From an uncultured Bacilli bacterium (GTDB lineage Bacteria > Bacillota_I > Bacilli_A > RF39 > UBA660): a stretch of DNA of 64,000 bases. Every line of letters starts with the position of its first letter. Position 1 is the first letter of the stretch. Below are positions 8,221 through 17,797 of this stretch, one piece after another. Location of the stretch: NCBI GenBank assembly GCA_947632595.1, contig CANRPY010000001.1, positions 2,457 through 66,456 of the forward strand, in the 5' to 3' direction. The notes beneath the pieces were generated by a model, which made no database searches, was not told the DNA's origin, and worked only from the letters and a program-made list of their open reading frames with translations. The translations under genes and the position numbers were made by a program.

Positions 8221-9246
8221 ATGAAAGATTGTGTTGATTTATTATTAAATTGGTATCGTATTCATCATAGAGAATTACCTTGGAGAAAGGATACGGATCC
8301 TTATCATGTTTGGATTAGTGAGATTATGCTTCAACAAACTCGAATTGAGGCTGTTATTGGATACTATGATAAGTTTATGAAAAGACTGCCTACTATCCAA
8401 GATTTGAGTCTTGTAGAGGAAGGAGAACTTTTAAAATTATGGGAGGGCCTTGGTTATTATAGTCGAGCTCGTAATTTAAAAAAAGCTGCGATTCAAATTA
8501 TGGATCTTTATCATGGAGTATTTCCTCAGACGTTTGAAGAGATTTCTTCTCTACCTGGAATTGGGGAATATACGGCAGGTGCCATTTCTTCTATTTGTTT
8601 CCAATTAAAAGAAGTTGCGATTGATGGAAACGTGATGAGGGTTTATTGTCGTGTTGAAAATGCTGACTTTGACGTGTATGATTTAAAAGTTAAGAAAAAA
8701 ATTGGAGAAGAGATACGTAAAATTCTTCCTAAAGAGTCAGGAGAGTTTAACCAAGCAATTATGGAACTTGGGGAGACGATTTGTATTCCTAATGGAGTTC
8801 CTAAATGTGAACTATGTCCTATCAAAGAAAAATGTAGGGCATACCAAAAAGGTACTTGGAGTGAGATTCCTAGAAAAAGAGTAAAAAAAGAAAAAGAGGT
8901 AGAAGAATACACCTTATTCTTATTAAAGTGTGGAAACTTCTTTGCTCTTCATAAGAGAGAAGTTGGTTTATTAAAAAATATGTGGGAGTTTCCTAATGAG
9001 AGAGGCTTTCTTACTTATGATGAAGTTCGAGAAAAGATTTCTTCTATTACCTCTATTCAACTTAGTATTACCAATACTCATATTTTTACTCATAAAAAAT
9101 GGTATATGAATAGTTACTTGATTGAAGTTTCTCAAATGGATCCTTCTTATGTTTGGGTAAGTTTAGCAGAAATTGAATCTACTTATGCCCTGCCCTCTGC
9201 ATTTCTTCCCTTTTTCCTAGAATTAAAAAACAAATATCCACTATAG
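8221..9246 (+). CDS. mutY: A/G-specific adenine DNA glycosylase MutY
   Basis: HRELPWRK..DPYHVWISEIMLQQT, HhH LPGIGEYTAGAI, Fe-S cluster loop CIPNGVPKCELCPIKEKC, C-terminal NUDIX-like domain length. Confidence 0.9.
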   Translation: MKDCVDLLLNWYRIHHRELPWRKDTDPYHVWISEIMLQQTRIEAVIGYYDKFMKRLPTIQDLSLVEEGELLKLWEGLGYYSRARNLKKAAIQIMDLYHGVFPQTFEEISSLPGIGEYTAGAISSICFQLKEVAIDGNVMRVYCRVENADFDVYDLKVKKKIGEEIRKILPKESGEFNQAIMELGETICIPNGVPKCELCPIKEKCRAYQKGTWSEIPRKRVKKEKEVEEYTLFLLKCGNFFALHKREVGLLKNMWEFPNERGFLTYDEVREKISSITSIQLSITNTHIFTHKKWYMNSYLIEVSQMDPSYVWVSLAEIESTYALPSAFLPFFLELKNKYPL

Positions 9247-9256
9247 GTGTGGATAT

Positions 9257-9745
9257 TTATATTTTCTTTAGGAGTTCATCTAATAATATTTTATGGGATT
9301 CTAACATTTTTCCAGCTTTTGATAATTCTTCTATTTCTTCTACTGTTTTATATTCTACATTTTCTACTTCTTCTTTTTGAAGAGTTAAGTCTTTTGGATC
9401 TACTTCTTTTTCTGTATAGAATAAGAAACGAATTACCGTATCAAATAATACAAATCCTAGACTTTTGATTTCTTCTTTTTGAAGAGAGACTCCTAATTCT
9501 TCTTTTACTTCTCGAATAATGGTTTCTAGTGGAGTTTCTCCTTTTGTAATGTGTCCTCCCGTAGATGCATATTTTCCACCTTTTTTCTCAGATGTTTTTT
9601 GAATCAGGAATTTTCCTTCTTTATTTTTCAAAAAGATTACTGTTACTGCAATATGTTCATTTTCTTCTAGTTTTCTTTTGTCTCCTCTTACCATTGTTTT
9701 TCCTGTTGGATTTCCTAAGTCATCATATAATTCTAATAATTCCAT
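9257..9745 (-). CDS. NUDIX hydrolase
   Basis: Nudix box GGHITKGETPLETIIREVKEELGV. Confidence 0.85.
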   Translation of the reverse strand: MELLELYDDLGNPTGKTMVRGDKRKLEENEHIAVTVIFLKNKEGKFLIQKTSEKKGGKYASTGGHITKGETPLETIIREVKEELGVSLQKEEIKSLGFVLFDTVIRFLFYTEKEVDPKDLTLQKEEVENVEYKTVEEIEELSKAGKMLESHKILLDELLKKI

Positions 9746-9778
9746 AAGCCCTCCTATTTCTAGGAGTAGTATATCATA

Positions 9779-10537
9779 TTATTCGTTTGTTTGATTTCTT
9801 TCTTTATTTAATTTATGCCAGTTGATTAGTCCAATAACTGCCATAATTAAGTAGATTGCTTTTTTGGTTAAATATACAGGGTCAAAGTATACAATATACA
9901 TTATTACCGCAATGACATCTGTGATAATCCACCAAAAGTATTGTTCTTTGTAGCGAAACATTTCTAAGATTACAGCAATGATTCCAATACTTACTGTAAA
10001 AGCATCTAACCAAGCAACATTTCCTCCTAACTTTACAAGTATGATATGGTAGATCATTCCTCCTATTAGTACTAGTGCACCTGTTAATATATTTTGTTTG
10101 ATGGTTAATTTTTTAGATTTTGTTTTTTCACAATATTTCTCATCACGGTGTTTTGCCCATATATACCATGAGATAAAGTTTACTGGCATATAGAAAAGTA
10201 CTTCTAGGGCAAAGGTTCCATAGATTTTATGGTAAAACAAGAAGATTGCATATACAAAGGTATTTATTACTGCGAAAACAAAGTTTGAAATATTTGCTTT
10301 GGCACAAAAGAAGATACACATAATCCCGCAGATGGCACTTATAAAGTTAATGATAGTTAACCATAATGGGTTGGTACTTTCTTCTGGATGAATGATTGCT
10401 GTAAAAACTGATAAGGATGCAATGACTACCATAACAATAATCATAACGATTTCATACCATTTTAACTCCTTAAAACTCTTTATCATATTTTTTATTTTTT
10501 CTTTTTTCGGTATTGGTTTTCTTTTTATACGATCCAT
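9779..10537 (-). CDS. pnuC: Nicotinamide riboside transporter PnuC
   Basis: Polytopic membrane protein with the PnuC-like NFISWYIWAKH motif. Overlaps the upstream NMNAT-like gene by 13 nt. Confidence 0.75.
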   Translation of the reverse strand: MDRIKRKPIPKKEKIKNMIKSFKELKWYEIVMIIVMVVIASLSVFTAIIHPEESTNPLWLTIINFISAICGIMCIFFCAKANISNFVFAVINTFVYAIFLFYHKIYGTFALEVLFYMPVNFISWYIWAKHRDEKYCEKTKSKKLTIKQNILTGALVLIGGMIYHIILVKLGGNVAWLDAFTVSIGIIAVILEMFRYKEQYFWWIITDVIAVIMYIVYFDPVYLTKKAIYLIMAVIGLINWHKLNKERNQTNE

Positions 10538-11019
10538 TTTTTTCTCTCCTTTTCTTGATTCATTTCTCGAATCATGGTTCCACTAATGGGAACATTTTTT
10601 CTTTTCTCATCTACAATTCTATGAATTGCTTCTGGATATGCTCTTTTAAAATATTCTTCATAAGATGGCTCACTACTATAGACAGCATCTAGTCTTTTTC
10701 CTACTACTTCTCGTACAAGTGGTGTTTCGGCATCCCAGTCTTCTTCTCCACTTTCTAAGCGACAAGTACTTACATCGATAAATACCGGTAAAACATTTTC
10801 ATATTTATTAGATAGATTGATAAGATGTTTTTCTCTTGCTTTTACCGATAAGTAATCCTCTTTGTTGTTTTGTAGAATTTCTTCTTCATCCCTCCCACCA
10901 AAGAATAGAATGGCATAGACCAGTTCACATTCTTCTGATGCTTTCTCAATACAATAATTGTGGCCTTTATGAAGAGGCATAAATTTTCCACCATACATTC
11001 CTATCTTAAATTTTGTCAT
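10525..11019 (-). CDS. Nicotinamide-nucleotide adenylyltransferase (NadR-type NMNAT domain only)
   Basis: GGKFMPLHKGHNYCI is the (H/T)xGH nucleotidyltransferase motif. Operonic with pnuC. Confidence 0.7.
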   Translation of the reverse strand: MTKFKIGMYGGKFMPLHKGHNYCIEKASEECELVYAILFFGGRDEEEILQNNKEDYLSVKAREKHLINLSNKYENVLPVFIDVSTCRLESGEEDWDAETPLVREVVGKRLDAVYSSEPSYEEYFKRAYPEAIHRIVDEKRKNVPISGTMIREMNQEKERKKWIV

Positions 11020-11094
11020 AATTCCTCCATCTTAATAACATTTTGTTAATATCAAAGATGATAAATAATGCAGATTGGCCTATCTGTTATTATC

Positions 11095-11123
11095 ATTATA
11101 TTAATAACATAAACTTTTGTCAA
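11095..11123 (-). promoter_or_regulatory. Sigma-A-type promoter of the NMNAT-pnuC operon
   Basis: Minus strand: TTGACA (11123-11118), 17-nt spacer, TATAAT (11100-11095). Confidence 0.6.
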
Positions 11124-11169
11124 TATGTTTTTAACAAAAAAATAATATCAATTGATTTTGATATTATTT

Positions 11170-13254
11170 TTAAAAACTTCCTTCTTGATCTAATTCTTTT
11201 AAATCAAAGTAAAAGCCAAATTCTTTATAGGTTTCTTCTCCTATTTTTGCTTGTCTTGTTTCTTTAATGATTCCTCCTAATTTCTTATAGAATAAAATGG
11301 CATTTTTATTTTCTGCTAAAGTCCACACTATCATATTTTTCTTATTTCTTGATAGTAATTCTTTGGCTGTTTCTAGGAAAAGTGCTTTTCCGATTCCTTT
11401 CTTTTGTTCTTTTTCTTTGATGTATAGACTTACTAATTCTGAATCATATTTAAATGCTGTTTCTTTTTCATCAAAGCAGGAATATCCTAATATTTCTCTT
11501 CCTTTTACTGCTACTAATACTCGGTCTTTATATTCTTCAAAGCTTCTAAAGTACTTTTTGGTTTGCGTATCGATATTTAATTTTTCTAAATAAGCATCTG
11601 CAATTAATCCTTTATAGGTTGATTTCCAGTCTTCTACTTTGATTTTGGCCATTTGCGCTTGATCTTCTATTTTATTCATACGAATAATGTATTCTTCTTT
11701 TTCTGATAATTCTTTCATTGCGTGATTCATTAAAGAGAATGCTCGTATTAGTTCTTCATCTTCTAGGGCAAAGGATACTCTGCCAATTAGTTCTTCTTCG
11801 TATGGCCAGGAGATGGATTGTCCTATTAAGAAACGTACTCTTCCTGTTTTATAGAAAAACTTTAATAAGTCTCTTTCCGTACTGATGAGTCTTCCTCGAT
11901 ATTTTCTTCCCTTCATTGGCGTAAAATCAATGAGTGCGAAGAAGCCAGAATCTGGTTCTAAGTTTTCTGGGAAATGAGCATATGGTAGCCCTTTTAAGAC
12001 TTCTTTGGCATAAGGCCCTAACTCGCTTTCTACTTTTTGTTTGATTTCTTCTTGGTACTCTTTTTCTACTTTTGGAAGTCCTTCTACTAAGGCTTTTAAT
12101 AATTGATACTTTTTCTGATAAGTTTTTCTTAACTCTTTAAAGTATTCTTGGTACTCTTTTTTTCTTTGTTCGGTTGTATTAAAGGCTCCCGCTAGGGCAT
12201 AACCGGTAATGGATGGAGAGGAATCAATTTCTTGGAAGATTCTGTTTACTACTTCTCGAATAATAATTTCATCGGCAACGACAAAGCCTGCGCGAAGGGA
12301 TGCTAAACCATAGGCTTTGGATAGACCAAATAAGGAGATGGTATTTTGAAACATTCCTTTGATGGTTGCGATTGGTTTTGCTAAATTTTCTTCTTGATAC
12401 GTGGTATCTCGATAGACCAAATCATCGATTACAAAGACTCCTCTTTCTAGACATATCTTTCCTATTTCTGTTAAAAGGTCTATTTCTTTTTCTCCCATTA
12501 CTTTACCTGTTGGGTTATTGGGATTTGCATTTACAAAGGCTACTACTCTTGGTACGTATCCTTTTCTTCTATGATAGATTTTTTGAAGACTATCATTAAT
12601 TTCATCAATTTTATCTGCTAATTTTTTAGGGTTTACTAAAAAGTGATCTTCTTTTTCTAGTGGCAAGATATCGACTTCTGCTCCTGCTCGTTCTGCGCGA
12701 ATGGTAAATAATCCATAGTTTGGTCCTGTTACTAAAACAACGTCCCCTGGTCTTGAAATAATATTGATTATAATGTTAAAGATCATGGAAGTGGATGGCA
12801 TAAATGTAATATTGTTTACGGATAGGCCTTTTTCATCGATATCTGAATAAGAATATGGCTCATCATTTTGAAAACCTAATTCTTCCACATAGTCTAATAA
12901 GACTTTTCGAATTCTATCATCTCCTTCTGTATAGGGATACGAATATAGATCTTCTTGTTCTAAGCATTCTTTCATTTTTTCTATACACATAGGAAAAGGT
13001 TTATATTTTAGGGGATTTCCTGTTCCTAAATCGATATCTTTTTCGACTGTTATTTTCTCATCTCTTACTTCATATCCGTAAAAGTTAATTGCATCTGCAA
13101 TCTTTTCTACAGTTGGATTAAATCTTTCATAGTCTAGACGGTTTCCTACTAAAGGAAGACCATATCTTCTTTCTTCTAAATTGGGATTTTCTCTTAAAAA
13201 ACGATCAATTGCATGTGATTTAATAAGCATTTTAACACCTTCTATTTTTCTCAT
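11170..13254 (-). CDS. Class I/II PLP-dependent aminotransferase fused to a C-terminal GNAT acetyltransferase
   Basis: Aminotransferase body with the PLP-lysine context FGLSKAYGLASLRAGF. The C-terminal roughly 150 aa carry GNAT motif A, QKKGIGKALF. Confidence 0.75.
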   Translation of the reverse strand: MRKIEGVKMLIKSHAIDRFLRENPNLEERRYGLPLVGNRLDYERFNPTVEKIADAINFYGYEVRDEKITVEKDIDLGTGNPLKYKPFPMCIEKMKECLEQEDLYSYPYTEGDDRIRKVLLDYVEELGFQNDEPYSYSDIDEKGLSVNNITFMPSTSMIFNIIINIISRPGDVVLVTGPNYGLFTIRAERAGAEVDILPLEKEDHFLVNPKKLADKIDEINDSLQKIYHRRKGYVPRVVAFVNANPNNPTGKVMGEKEIDLLTEIGKICLERGVFVIDDLVYRDTTYQEENLAKPIATIKGMFQNTISLFGLSKAYGLASLRAGFVVADEIIIREVVNRIFQEIDSSPSITGYALAGAFNTTEQRKKEYQEYFKELRKTYQKKYQLLKALVEGLPKVEKEYQEEIKQKVESELGPYAKEVLKGLPYAHFPENLEPDSGFFALIDFTPMKGRKYRGRLISTERDLLKFFYKTGRVRFLIGQSISWPYEEELIGRVSFALEDEELIRAFSLMNHAMKELSEKEEYIIRMNKIEDQAQMAKIKVEDWKSTYKGLIADAYLEKLNIDTQTKKYFRSFEEYKDRVLVAVKGREILGYSCFDEKETAFKYDSELVSLYIKEKEQKKGIGKALFLETAKELLSRNKKNMIVWTLAENKNAILFYKKLGGIIKETRQAKIGEETYKEFGFYFDLKELDQEGSF

Positions 13255-13306
13255 AAGATTTGTTTAGGTTTATTCTATCATAGGTTTTCCAAAAAATAGC
13301 AAAAAA

Positions 13307-13324
13307 ATAGTCTTTCGACTATTT
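13307..13324 (-). terminator. Intrinsic terminator after the lipoprotein gene
   Basis: Minus strand: AATAGTC-gaaa-GACTATT followed by TTTTTTTGC. Confidence 0.6.
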
Positions 13325-13325
13325 C

Positions 13326-13865
13326 TTATTCTTTTACAAATTCCATAGAATTCCATAATTCCTGTATTTCTTTTTCTTCTAATATTGCTGATGCTTTTCT
13401 TCTAGAAGAGGGAGATGAGTTTGTAATGGTTACCAATAAAACTTCTACTTTGGTATCATCTGCTCCTAATAAGATACTTAATTCTAATGTATCTTCTTCT
13501 GTTCCATAAGCATATGCCGTATAGTCACCGAAAGTGTATTGCTTATAATATTTTGCTTGTGAATTGTTTTTTTCTAATGCATCATAATCTGTTAAATTCA
13601 TTGTTGTATAATGGGTTTCAAATTCTGCGGCAATGTCTTCATTTTCAAATGTCATGATGTTTGTATCTTTTTGTTTGGTCTCTATTAATTCACTATACTT
13701 TTCTTCGGCATCATATTCTAAGGTTGTTGTATATCCTAATAAGGAATCGGTTAATTCGATTGTCTTTGTTAATTTCATATCGCTTTCTTCTTGTGTTGTT
13801 CCACATGCTGTCATTGTTAATAACAAAATAGGAATTCCTAAAAACATTAGTAGCTTTTTATGCAT
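13326..13865 (-). CDS. Putative lipoprotein
   Basis: Signal peptide ending LLLTMTAC-GT (lipobox-like Cys). No recognisable enzymatic motif. Confidence 0.55.
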   Translation of the reverse strand: MHKKLLMFLGIPILLLTMTACGTTQEESDMKLTKTIELTDSLLGYTTTLEYDAEEKYSELIETKQKDTNIMTFENEDIAAEFETHYTTMNLTDYDALEKNNSQAKYYKQYTFGDYTAYAYGTEEDTLELSILLGADDTKVEVLLVTITNSSPSSRRKASAILEEKEIQELWNSMEFVKE

Positions 13866-13918
13866 AAATTACTTCCTTCCGATTTCCATTATATCATATT
13901 TTTCTTGTTTGTTACGCT

Positions 13919-16540
13919 TTATAACCATTTTTTGTTCTTCTTTATATAACTTTTCTTCACGAATTGAACAAGGATGGCATAGACAATGATGAGTAATAAT
14001 ACGTATACATAATAAATTGGTGGCAAGATTTCAAAATCAAATGTTGGAATACTGTGTAATATGATTGGGGTTACAATTGTACCTATAATGGTTAAGATGG
14101 TTGCGATTGTCAACTTTGGGTTGGCACGAGATTCGATAAATGGTGTCTTTGCTGTTCTTACAAAATGAATGATTAGAGATTCACTGATTAGGCATTCTAC
14201 AAACCATGCTGTTTGGAAAAAGGTAGGATAATTTTCATTATAACCTAGTACAAACCAGAATACTAAGAAAGCACAGACATCTACTAGAGATGAGGTTAGC
14301 CCCATTACATTCATAAATTTGCTTAAGTCTTTGGTATCCCATCTATGTGGTTTTACAATGAATTCTTCATCGACATCATCATAGGGAATGGTGATTTGTG
14401 AGATTTCAAATAAAAAGTCTTGAATTAATAATTGAATTGGAATTAATGGTAGGAATGGTAAGAAAATACTAGAGATTACAATACTAAAGACATCTCCAAA
14501 GTCAGAACTTAGAGCCATCTTCATATATTTGGTAATATTTCCGTATACAATTCTTCCTTCTCTTACGCCATCATAAACTACTTCTAAGTCCTTTTCTAGA
14601 AGAATTATGTCACTTGCTTCTTTGGCAATATCTGTTGCCGTATCTACACAGATTCCTACATCGGCTAGTTTTAGGGAAGGAGAATCATTAACTCCATCTC
14701 CCATATATCCTACTACATGATCTTTTTCTCTTAAGATACGAATAATTCTTTCTTTTTGAAGAGGATTCATACGAGTATAGATATCTACTTTTTCTACTTG
14801 TTTTTTTAGTTCTTCATCACTTAGTTCATCGATTTCTTTTCCTAATAAGATTTTGTCATTTTCAATTCCTACTAAATTACATATTTTTAGTGTTGTATAT
14901 TGGTTATCTCCGGTAATAATCTTGGTCTTTACTCCTATTTTTTTCAAATTAATTAACATTTCTTTTACATCATCTTTTGGGGGATCTAGGAAAGCAACTA
15001 ATCCGATAAAGACCATATTTTTTTCATGTTCTTTATTAAAGACATCTACTCCTGGATATTCTCTTTTTGACGCTAAAGCAATTACTTGCATACCATCTTC
15101 TTCTAGTTTTTTAACAATTCTTTCTACACGATCTATCATTTTTTTATCCAGATCTATAACTTTTCCTTTGTACTTTACTTTGTTACAGATGGAGATAATT
15201 TCTTCTAAGGCTCCTTTTGTAAACATACGATAGGTCTTTGCTTTATCTTCTTCTACTACAACACTCATTCTTTTTCTTTCATAATCAAAGGGAATTTCAT
15301 CTATTTTACGATATTTCTCTAAGATTGGTTTTAGATTATTTTCTTCTCCATAAGAGATAATTGCTCTGTCTACTATATTTTTGATTCCGGTTGCGAAGTA
15401 ACTATTTAGATAAGCATATTCTAGAATAGATTCATCTTCTTCTCCATCGACATTGATATATTTTTGTAGGACAATTCTATCTTCTGTTAGAGTTCCTGTT
15501 TTATCGGTACATAGAATATCAATAGCTCCTAAATTTTGAATAGAATTCATATTTTTTACTAGTGTTTTTTTCTTCGCAAGAGTTTTGGTTCCTCTTGTTA
15601 AATTGACGTTTACTATCATTGGTAACATACTAGGAGTTATTCCAACTGCTACAGACAAGCTAAATAAAATTCCTTCTATTAGATTACCACGAATAAAACT
15701 ATAGACAACAAAGACAAAGATACAGACAATTACCATGTAACGAATTAATAAATTGGTAATCTTATCGATTCCTACTTCGAAGTCTGTTTTTACTTTTTGT
15801 TTCTCTACTTTTTTACTCATATTACCAAGATAAGTATCAAAACCTGTCTTGATAATGACTCCTGTTCCACTACCACTTACTACATTGCTTCCCATAAAAC
15901 AAATATTAGATAAATTAAATAATTCATCGGTTTCTTGATAAGACGTGGTTTTTTCTACAGGAACATTTTCTCCTGTAAAAGAAGATTGATTTAAGAATAA
16001 ATCTTTTGACTCTAATAGAATCATATCTGCTGGTATCATACTACCGGCATTTAATTTAATCACATCTCCTGGTACTACTTGTTCTGTATTTAACTCTTCC
16101 AACTTTGTACTTCTTAATACATGAGTTGTTGTATGTAATTCTTCTTTTAATTTTTGATTAAACTTATATACACTATAATCTTGGAAATAACGAATTAAGG
16201 CACTAATAATTCCAATTCCTATAATAATGTAACTACCTAGAGCATCACTTAAAAAATAATTAATGATTGCTAGTACAAATAAGATGTAGATAAATTTATC
16301 ATTAAAAGATGCGAGTAAGAAAGATAATCTACTCCTCTTTTCTTTCTTGACAACGATATTTGGTCCAGACTTTTCTAATCTTTTTTTGGCTTCTCGATTG
16401 GTTAGACCTTGTTCAGAAGTTTTATATTGATAGATAATTTCTGTTTTATTTTGTTTTGCTATCTTTTGATATTCTTCTAACGTTTTATTTTCTTTTTGAG
16501 GAAGAGAATTTGTAAGTTTTTCTTTTACTTCTTCTATCAT
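13919..16540 (-). CDS. mgtA: Magnesium-translocating P-type ATPase
   Basis: CTDKTGTLTE phosphorylation motif, TGDN, GDGVNDSPSLK. The size and N-terminal region are typical of the MgtA/MgtB type IIIB family. Confidence 0.85.
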   Translation of the reverse strand: MIEEVKEKLTNSLPQKENKTLEEYQKIAKQNKTEIIYQYKTSEQGLTNREAKKRLEKSGPNIVVKKEKRSRLSFLLASFNDKFIYILFVLAIINYFLSDALGSYIIIGIGIISALIRYFQDYSVYKFNQKLKEELHTTTHVLRSTKLEELNTEQVVPGDVIKLNAGSMIPADMILLESKDLFLNQSSFTGENVPVEKTTSYQETDELFNLSNICFMGSNVVSGSGTGVIIKTGFDTYLGNMSKKVEKQKVKTDFEVGIDKITNLLIRYMVIVCIFVFVVYSFIRGNLIEGILFSLSVAVGITPSMLPMIVNVNLTRGTKTLAKKKTLVKNMNSIQNLGAIDILCTDKTGTLTEDRIVLQKYINVDGEEDESILEYAYLNSYFATGIKNIVDRAIISYGEENNLKPILEKYRKIDEIPFDYERKRMSVVVEEDKAKTYRMFTKGALEEIISICNKVKYKGKVIDLDKKMIDRVERIVKKLEEDGMQVIALASKREYPGVDVFNKEHEKNMVFIGLVAFLDPPKDDVKEMLINLKKIGVKTKIITGDNQYTTLKICNLVGIENDKILLGKEIDELSDEELKKQVEKVDIYTRMNPLQKERIIRILREKDHVVGYMGDGVNDSPSLKLADVGICVDTATDIAKEASDIILLEKDLEVVYDGVREGRIVYGNITKYMKMALSSDFGDVFSIVISSIFLPFLPLIPIQLLIQDFLFEISQITIPYDDVDEEFIVKPHRWDTKDLSKFMNVMGLTSSLVDVCAFLVFWFVLGYNENYPTFFQTAWFVECLISESLIIHFVRTAKTPFIESRANPKLTIATILTIIGTIVTPIILHSIPTFDFEILPPIYYVYVLLLIIVYAILVQFVKKSYIKKNKKWL

Positions 16541-16657
16541 AGGAATTCTCCTTATTCTTTCTTATTCTTATCCATTATATCATAAAAAGAAGAGTTGGAA
16601 AAACTATTATGATTTTCTTTTTAGATTGAGGTTTTTGTGGTATTCTATAGATAGTAG

Positions 16658-17290
16658 GTGAGTATCGTGAAAGAGTTTAGAGCAAAAATGAAAGAAAAAA
16701 TAAAGTTATATTCTAACGAAGAGTATCTTGATGGGTATATTCAAAATGAATTTTTAACGGATGATGGAGATGCCGATATTTTTCTTAATGTTGAAGAAAA
16801 GTATGAATTATTTGATTCTTGGACGGTTGGAAATCAAGTAGATTTAGAAAAAGACATTTATGACTTTATAGAAGAAAAAACGGCTATGCTTGAGAATGAT
16901 GTTCCGATTCACTTACATATTATTGGTTGTTCTTTTACTCCTCATGAACAAGGAATTATTCGTCATATTTTAAAAGAACATTATGCAATTGAACTTTATA
17001 AAGTACAAAAAAAATATACTCATATGAAAAGAAAAATTATTGGATTATGTGTCTTTGGATTGATTACTTTTTTGCTTTATACAATCGTCTTCTTTCAAGA
17101 GAATTTTAATTATACGGGAGAAGTTTTTGGATATTTATTTTCTTTTGCTTTATGGGAAGCTGCTGATTGTATCATTTATTCTTTTAGTGAGATTCAAAAT
17201 GAAAGAGAGGCCATTACTCAGAACTTATTGATTAATGTTGATTTTGATAGAAAAGAGGAAAAAGAAAAAGATCTTACAGATGCCTTGTAA
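16658..17290 (+). CDS. Hypothetical membrane protein
   Basis: Long ORF with GTG start and two hydrophobic segments (IIGLCVFGLITFLLYTIVFF; VFGYLFSFALWEAADCIIY). No known motif. Confidence 0.45.
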   Translation: MSIVKEFRAKMKEKIKLYSNEEYLDGYIQNEFLTDDGDADIFLNVEEKYELFDSWTVGNQVDLEKDIYDFIEEKTAMLENDVPIHLHIIGCSFTPHEQGIIRHILKEHYAIELYKVQKKYTHMKRKIIGLCVFGLITFLLYTIVFFQENFNYTGEVFGYLFSFALWEAADCIIYSFSEIQNEREAITQNLLINVDFDRKEEKEKDLTDAL

Positions 17291-17735
17291 GAGTCTTGAC
17301 TGGGGTTGTTGGGATTGTTTGCTTTCTATTGTGGATTTGATCTAACTGATATTTTAATTCGGTTAGATTTTTTCTTATGCAAGAGATTTCTTCTTCTGTT
17401 ACACTAGGATGATTTTTGGTAAATTTTCGGTAGACAATAGGATTTACTCCCATTACTTTGGTAAATGTTTCTGTGTAATATTCTTGAGAAGTAAAGCCGT
17501 GTGTTAGTGCTACTTTTAAAATATAGTCCTCTGTTTCTTGAAGTTTGGGAAGAGATAAATAAATTCTTTTTTCATTCATATATTGAATAATGGTTTTTCC
17601 AGATTCTTTTTTAAAAAGACGCATGATGTAGTCTTTGTTGAGATAGAATTTTCTTGATAATTCTTCTATTGTTATCTTTGCATAGATATTGTCATCTATA
17701 TAAGATAAGATGTCTTGAATGATATCTCTTTCCAT
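17274..17735 (-). CDS. AraC-family transcriptional regulator (DNA-binding domain only)
   Basis: Double HTH pattern: ITIEELSRKFYLNKDYIMRLFKKESG ... ALTHGFTSQEYYTETFTKVMGVNPIVYRK. Confidence 0.75.
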   Translation of the reverse strand: MERDIIQDILSYIDDNIYAKITIEELSRKFYLNKDYIMRLFKKESGKTIIQYMNEKRIYLSLPKLQETEDYILKVALTHGFTSQEYYTETFTKVMGVNPIVYRKFTKNHPSVTEEEISCIRKNLTELKYQLDQIHNRKQTIPTTPVKTLTRHL

Positions 17736-17797
17736 AAAACCACCCAGTTCTATTTTAGCATAAAAAAGTCGTTATTGTTTAAAAATGCTTTTTAAAA

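Noticed and set aside
9247-9747. Two + strand ORFs (73 and 60 aa) opposite the NUDIX gene.
   Set aside because: L/F-rich antisense artefacts. The minus-strand frame carries an intact Nudix box.
11297-15233. Antisense ORFs of 77-126 aa inside the aminotransferase-GNAT, lipoprotein and mgtA genes (11297-11593, 12366-12599, 13633-13989, 14853-15233).
   Set aside because: Each is embedded in the opposite strand of a gene with strong motif support. These are shadow ORFs.
16541-16657. M-box (Mg2+) riboswitch upstream of mgtA.
   Set aside because: The whole intergenic region is only about 117 nt and includes the promoter (extended -10 TGaTATAAT). That is too short for the roughly 160-nt M-box, and no matching conserved helices were seen.
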